In this document: positions 44,030 through 49,993 of the stretch, in pieces
Layout: each line of letters starts with the position of its first letter
How positions within the stretch are numbered: the stretch's first letter is position 1
Assembly: GCA_023645945.1 (NCBI GenBank)
Contig: JALAIB010000014.1
Location: 1-49,993 of the forward strand
Direction: 5' to 3'
Source: Diploschistes diacapsis
Lineage: Eukaryota
Length of the DNA stretch: 49,993 nucleotides
Translations under genes and position numbers: made by a program
Notes under the pieces: model-generated
What the model saw: only the letters and a program-made list of their open reading frames with translations
What the model was told of the DNA's origin: nothing
Databases searched by the model: none

Positions 44030-47000
44030 ATGCCGCGCAAAGTATTGTATTGATCCCGTACCTCGACGAGGATATGCGCAAGCTAACTCCGTCTTAGAGA
44101 CTCCCGCATACCTGCCCTCATTCGAAATGGAATACAGGTATAATACTGAGCAGGCCTAACATAGACCATAGACTGATGAGAAGTTCAGGAGAAGAAGAGA
44201 AGCTTCATTGTCGTGGTTGGCGACCGCGCAAAAGATGTCATCGTCCACCTGCACTATCTCATGTCGAACGTCGATGTCAAGCAGAACAAATCGGTTCTAT
44301 GGGCTTACAAGAAGGACTTGTTAGGTTTTACAAGGTACCATTGGCAAATCTCGGGATGGCCGTTGGCTAAATGAGGCTCCTCCAGTCATCGCAAGAAACG
44401 TGAGAATAAGATCAGGAAGGAGGTAAAGCGAGGTATCCGGGAGCCAAACACCGAAGACCCTTTCGAGCTGTTTGTGACATTGAACAATATTCGCTATGTC
44501 TATTACAAGGAAACCGATAAGATCCTAGGAAACACATTCGGCATGTGCATATTGCAGGATTTTGAAGCAATCACGCCGAACCTACTTGCACGAACGATCG
44601 AAACAGTCGAGGGCGGAGGGCTAGTGCTGCTTCTCTTGAAGGGTATGAAGAGTCTGAAACAGCTTTACACGCTTTCAATGGATATACACTCTAGATACAG
44701 GACCGAAGCCCACAACGACGTAATCGCCCGGTTCAATGAGAGGTTTATTTTGTCCTTGGGCAGCTGTGAATCATGCCTTGTGGTGGATGATGAGCTGAAT
44801 GTCTTGCCCATTTCCGGTGGTAAGAGCATTGCTCCCTTGGCCCCTCCTGACCCGGATCATGAAGGCAAGACCAAAATACAAAAGGATCTTGAAGAAATCA
44901 AGCAACAAAATCTGGGCTCGCAGCCTACGGGCTCGCTAGTAACACTAGCTAAAACCGCAGATCAAGCAAAAGCGGTGCTGAAGTTTATCGAGGCAATATC
45001 GGAGAAGACGCTGCGGAGTACGGTTACCCTTACTGCAGCACGTGGTAGAGGAAAGTCTGCAGCTCTCGGTATAGCTATAGCAGCAGCAATTGCATACGGC
45101 TACAGTAATATATTTATTACTTCACCCAGTCCTGAAAACCTCAAGACCTTGTTTGAATTCGTCTTCAAGGGATTCGATGCCCTAAATTACCTCGATCATG
45201 TTGATTATACGATCATCCAGTCAACCAATCCAAGCTTCAATAAGGCAATAGTGCGGGTAAATGTGCACAGACAGCACCGTCAAACCATACAATACATTCA
45301 ACCTCAGGATGCCTACACTCTAGGTCAAGCAGAGCTTCTCATTATCGATGAAGCGGCAGCAATCCCTTTGCCGTTGGTTAAGAAGCTCATGGGCCCCTAC
45401 CTGGTCTTTATGGCATCCACGATTAATGGGTATGAAGGCACCGGGCGCTCTCTGTCGCTCAAGCTGATTCAGCAGCTGAGAGAACAGTCGCGTGCTTTGC
45501 CTAAAGAAACTGGAATGGACCAAGGGAACGTTGCTGATCGGAAATCAGGCAAGCCATCCAGAAGTGTGGATAAAGGAACCCCGGGCGGACGTAATCTGCG
45601 AGAAATTACGCTGTCTGAGCCCATTCGATATGCACCAGGCGATCTTGTCGAGAAATGGCTGAACAAGCTGCTCTGCCTAGACGCTACTCTGCCACGATCG
45701 ATGGCAAATACTCTGGGCTGTCCACATCCCAATGAATGCCAACTACTGCAGGTGAACCGTGATACCCTCTTTTCGTTTCATCCTGTCTCCGAGAAATTCC
45801 TAGATCAGATGCTAGCGCTCTATGTTGCTAGCCACTACAAGAACTCGCCTAACGACCTGCAGCTGATGAGCGACGCGCCAGCCCATCAGCTGTATGTTCT
45901 AGTTCCCCCGGTTGAGGATGATAGTACTCGCCTCCCGGACCCCCTTTGCGTGCTTCAAGTAGCACTCGAAGGACAGATCAGCAAGCAGAGCGTGCTAAAT
46001 AGCCTTAGTCGTGGGCAACGAGTGGACGGAGATCTGATTCCTTGGGTTATCAGCCAGCAATTTCAGGACGAAGACTTCGCAAGCCTCTCGGGGGCTCGAG
46101 TCATTCGCATAGCCACAAATCCGGACTATATCAACATGGGCTATGGCAGCAGGGCACTGTCGTTACTGACCGACTTCTACGAGAATAAGTTCATGGACCT
46201 ATCAGAAACCGAAGTACAAGCGCCTCAGCAAATACAGCGAGTCACCGACGCCGAGTTAGAGGAATCTGCGCTACTCGTAGATAATATCAAGGTTCGTGAT
46301 ATTAATTCCATGCCTCCGCTATTCTCGAAGCTCTCCGAGTGTCGGCCAACACAGCTTGACTACGTTGGCGTATCCTACGGACTTACCCGTCCACTGCACA
46401 AATTCTGGAAAAGGGCCGGCTACGCTCCAGTATATCTTCGCCAGACTGCAAACGAGCTAACAGGAGAGCATTCCTGCATCATGATGAGGACGCTGTCAAC
46501 GAGCGAGCAAGATCCTGCTTGGCTCGGGGCATTCGCTCGAGATTTCCAGAAGAGATTTCACTCTTTACTGGGTTTTCAGTTCAGGGAATTCGAGTCCGTG
46601 TTATCGCTAAGCATAGACGAATCCGCCTCAAATGGTGCAAAGCTCGATACCACCTCGCCACCAATGCCACTTACAAAAGCAGAGTTGGACGCCGTCTTCT
46701 CACCCTTCGATCTGAAGAGACTTGATAGCTATGCAAATAATATGCTTGATTACCATGTGATACTCGACATGGTTCCTACAATGGCTTCGCTCTACCTTTC
46801 TGGCCGCTTGAAATATGCGGTGAAGCTCTCAGGGGTCCAGTCCGCCATTCTGCTTGCCATTGGTCTACAGCGCAAGGTATTAGAAGACGTGGGGAAAGAA
46901 CTGACTCTTGAAGTCAGCCAATTGCTTGCGATGTTTGTAAAGACCATTCGCAAATTCAGTACGCATTTCAGAGAACTCGTCGAAGGTGCGGTCATCGAAA

Positions 47001-47449
47001 CTATGCCCGAGAACGAAACGAATGGAAAAGAAGATGCTCATCACGGCGATGGCGTTGCAGATGAGACAGAGACACAATTAGGCAAAGCCGGAGCTCTACG
47101 ATTCCAGCCACTAACGCAATCGTTGACAGATGAGCTTCGCGAAGGCAAGATTGAGGTTGATAAAGAGCTGCGGGAGAAGCAACGAGCTCTGATCGACGCA
47201 TTGCCGCTCGATAAGTACGAGATTGGCGAATTGGCACCTGGCTGGGCCGAAGCGGAAGATCAGGTCCAGCGGACACTGTCGAAAAAAGGCGGTGCGAACG
47301 GAGACGCTCCAACGGTAAGCGTAAAGACGAAGAAAAGGCCCGACAAGAGGAAGGGAGATACCACAGCAGAGGAACTCTGGCAGGAGGAGAACACGAAGCG
47401 GGAAGCTGAATTGAGGGGTAAGAAGATTAAGAAGGGGAAGCCGCGGTAG
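44030..47449 (+). CDS. KRE33: RNA cytidine acetyltransferase Kre33/NAT10
   Basis: Spliced MPRKVL|DSRIPALIRNGIQ|EKKRSFIVVVGD; TAARGRGKSAALG (Walker A), IDEAAAIPLP, STINGYEGTGRSL, RIATNPDYINMGYGSRAL (GNAT). Three 5' introns. Confidence 0.97.
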
Positions 47450-47827
47450 CAGCCACACAATCAAAACAATAGAGAGTTTAAGTTCTCAGGGTAGATGGAG
47501 ATGCATTCGTAATCTTGAAGCTGCCGTGGCCTTCTTGACTGTCCTTTATCCGGAGCACACCTAAAAGTGCTCGTGCCATACTACAGATGTAGTAGCTTGA
47601 CCCAAGCCCCCTTTCCCATATTTTGAGTTACTCCATTGGCAATACCAAGTTCATTTACCGAGCACACAACGAGGTGTCACTTGATAGACTACCCTCAGAA
47701 GGGTATTTCTACCCTTTCGACCGCCTTCGCACTCATCGGAAGGTCGGTTCTTTCCCTCTTGCAAACGGGGTTCCCGTAGCATAGATCCTTGTCCAAGCAT
47801 CAAAACACCATATCCCGCGATGTCCCC

Positions 47828-48352
47828 CTACCGGTCCCCAATTCTCTCAAGCGCCTCTAGCATAACGACCGAGTTTCCACGGATAACCTATCCCTCGCAT
47901 ACATTAGCCCTCACGGCCTCTCTTCCCCGTGTAAAGCTAGCTATAACTCACCACCATCCCAATCCGCACCTTCTCCCCCCCGTCCCTCTCCTCTACCGCG
48001 TCATCAAGCACAATGTTCAGAAAGACCTGCCACGATTCCCGTCAGCGCCCATCACCCACAAGATAAGTTCTAAGGTAGGGAGATAGACATACATCGTACC
48101 CGCGCAACACGCCGATGACTTTCCGGCTCCCGTTCAGCTGCACGAATAGGCGCTTGTCAAGATACTGGCCAGATTCCACAAGTCAGCAAAAAGTGCGTTG
48201 TTTCCTTGAGTATGCAGTAAAGCGTATTTGAGGGGCTTCAGGTCGTGCGTTGCGTAAATCGCTGTGCTAGAATTCCGTGGAGAATTTTTTGTGGTGATGA
48301 CCAGGATGTGCGGGGCGCTCACCTTCTTGAGCTCGGGCTGGGCCTGAGGCAT
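47828..48352 (-). CDS. SMX2: Small nuclear ribonucleoprotein G (SmG), 4 exons
   Basis: Spliced MPQAQPELKK|YLDKRLFVQLNGSRKVIGVLRGYD|VFLNIVLDDAVEERDGGEKVRIGMV|VIRGNSVVMLEALERIGDR*. Confidence 0.95.
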
Positions 48353-48666
48353 TGTTCCTCAGTGGTCTTTATGGCTGTTCGGAGAATGTGGGCGGAGAGG
48401 CTGTGGTCGATTCTGAAGCTTGCCCAACCTGTTTTGTCTAAGGTCGGCGCGATGTGTGAGAGGACAAGGATGGAGTGGCAGAACTTTTCTAACATTCGCG
48501 GGCGGTGAGAAGCTCTTTGCCCTGAAGCTTGGCGGTTCTTCGATATGGCTACCTTTCAATTTCCGATTTACTTACTCCCGTTTCACTGTACTGGCGCAAA
48601 AGGTGTCTGCTGGTAGACACAAACGATGAGTATGTAACTAGGAATTTTAGATCTTCTTCAGTGGCC

Positions 48667-49993
48667 ATGCGGTCCTCCTTTGCCGCCCGGCGCAAAGCCA
48701 GTGTTATCGGCCAAGATAACGAGGCCACAAACATTGAGATGTCCGGCTCAGATGAGACGCAAGGTACTATCGCTGCTCTTGCTCCTTTGTTCTAAAGCTC
48801 ACCACCCGGTGCTTCAGCATCTGTCGTCAAGAAACCGCCCCTAAAACCCAAATCCCGTCCATCCTCCTCACGAGCCTCCTTCGCCCCCTCTGTATCCGAT
48901 GAGCCCTCCGAGATCTTTACTGTCAAGAAATCCACATTAAGCCAACAGGCTATCCAGCGAAACGCACTCCGCAAATCTGCTCTCGCTGCATCCTCTGATA
49001 GGCTACCAATCCGCCAGCAAGAGGAAGAGGAAGAGCGGCCCAGTTATAGCAGAGAGTATCTTGCTGAATTAAAGCACTCCGTACCCGGCACACCACAGGA
49101 AGTGGAGATGCTAGACACCGACGCGTCAGACACAGGTGGGGGAGTGGAGCTCGACATAGCCTCCAAGTTCGGAACCAGCCTAGCCCGCTACGAGGAGCGC
49201 GAGCGCAACAGCGCCATACCGACGGATGCAGAAATCCAAGAGAAGAAAGCCCGGCGCGCGCGGCTAGCGAAGGAGGCAAAATACAACACCAAACACTCAG
49301 ACGATTCCAACGACGAGGAGGACGATGGCTTTCAGGACGAACGACAAGCCCGCGACTCCGACTCCGACGAGTTCCGCACGCAGCACGACCGCATCAACCT
49401 CTCCACCCCGTCTACAAAGTACCCCGAAACGCGCCTAACACATGACGATGAGGACATCCTGGAGGACTTCGACGCCTTCGTCGAGGACCCGGGCCGGATA
49501 AACCTCACGGGCGGAAGAAGAGCAGAAAGGGAACAAAAAGCCCGCCAACGAGAGCAGATCCGCGACCTCATCGACCAGGCCGAAGGAACCTCGGACTCCG
49601 ACGCGAACGACGGCTCTGATTCCGAAAAGGAAAGGAGAGAAGAGTATGAGATGACGCAGACACGCAAGGGCATGGAGGGCCTTCTCGCACGAAACGAGCG
49701 CGATAGAGTCGCCAGGCCACGCACTCCTCCGAGAATCACTCCCCTCCCTAGCTTAAGCGGCGTAGCGGAGAAATTGAGAGAGCGGTTGGCGATGCTAGAG
49801 AAGGGCCGCAAGGAGAAGCTTGGTGTGCTGGAGGGCATCGAGAGGGAGAGGGAGGAGATTAGGGAGAGGGAAGGGGAGATCAAGAGGCTGCTGGCGGAAG
49901 CGGGGGAGAGGTACGAGAGGCTCAGGGGCAAGGCTGGCTCGGGCGCCGCGACTGGGGAGGGAGGTGGGAATGCGCTGGCGCTTGGTCGTACGG
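48667..49993 (+). CDS. NTR2: Nineteen complex-related protein 2 (Ntr2-like), runs off the right edge
   Basis: MRSSFAARRK; RPSYSREYLAELKHSVPGTP; AIPTDAEIQEKKARRARLAKE; TRLTHDDEDILEDFDAFVED; TPPRITPLPSL; C-terminal coiled coil. One intron from about 48763. Confidence 0.78.

Noticed and set aside
48166..48322. Intronic snoRNA in the relatively long first intron of SmG
   Set aside because: A CTGA is present, but I found no C box (RTGATGA), terminal stem or clear H/ACA structure.
49332..49931. 199-aa minus-strand ORF
   Set aside because: Antisense shadow of the purine-rich NTR2-like coding sequence; low-complexity S/L/R content.

Overview
Eukaryotic, intron-containing DNA from a filamentous ascomycete (Pezizomycotina-type genes, GT-AG introns with CTRAC branch sites). 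Intact housekeeping genes sit at both ends. Left (1-5.9 kb): a 6PGD-like NAD-binding gene start, mesA/AFI1, an EF-hand myosin light chain-like gene and a GPATCH11-like gene. Right (37.8-50 kb): a GH16 glucanase, a GT90/CAP10-like gene, KRE33/NAT10, SmG and an NTR2-like gene. Between them is an accessory island of about 31 kb with two parts. (1) 7.5-25.6 kb: a largely decayed secondary-metabolism or detoxification neighbourhood (SDR, LaeA-like methyltransferase, epoxide hydrolase, VOC protein, two PTH11/SAT4-like membrane proteins, P450, enoyl reductase, an NRPS-like A-T enzyme cut off before its reductase domain). It also holds a stray Ies2 fragment and a dense knot of Tourist/PIF-like MITE and fold-back hairpins. 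(2) 26-37 kb: a co-oriented array of orphan genes that includes two very divergent paralogues with an FHA-like fold followed by a pseudokinase. Many lesions there are TAA/TAG stops consistent with RIP. All family calls come from motif recognition by eye; no database searches were run.
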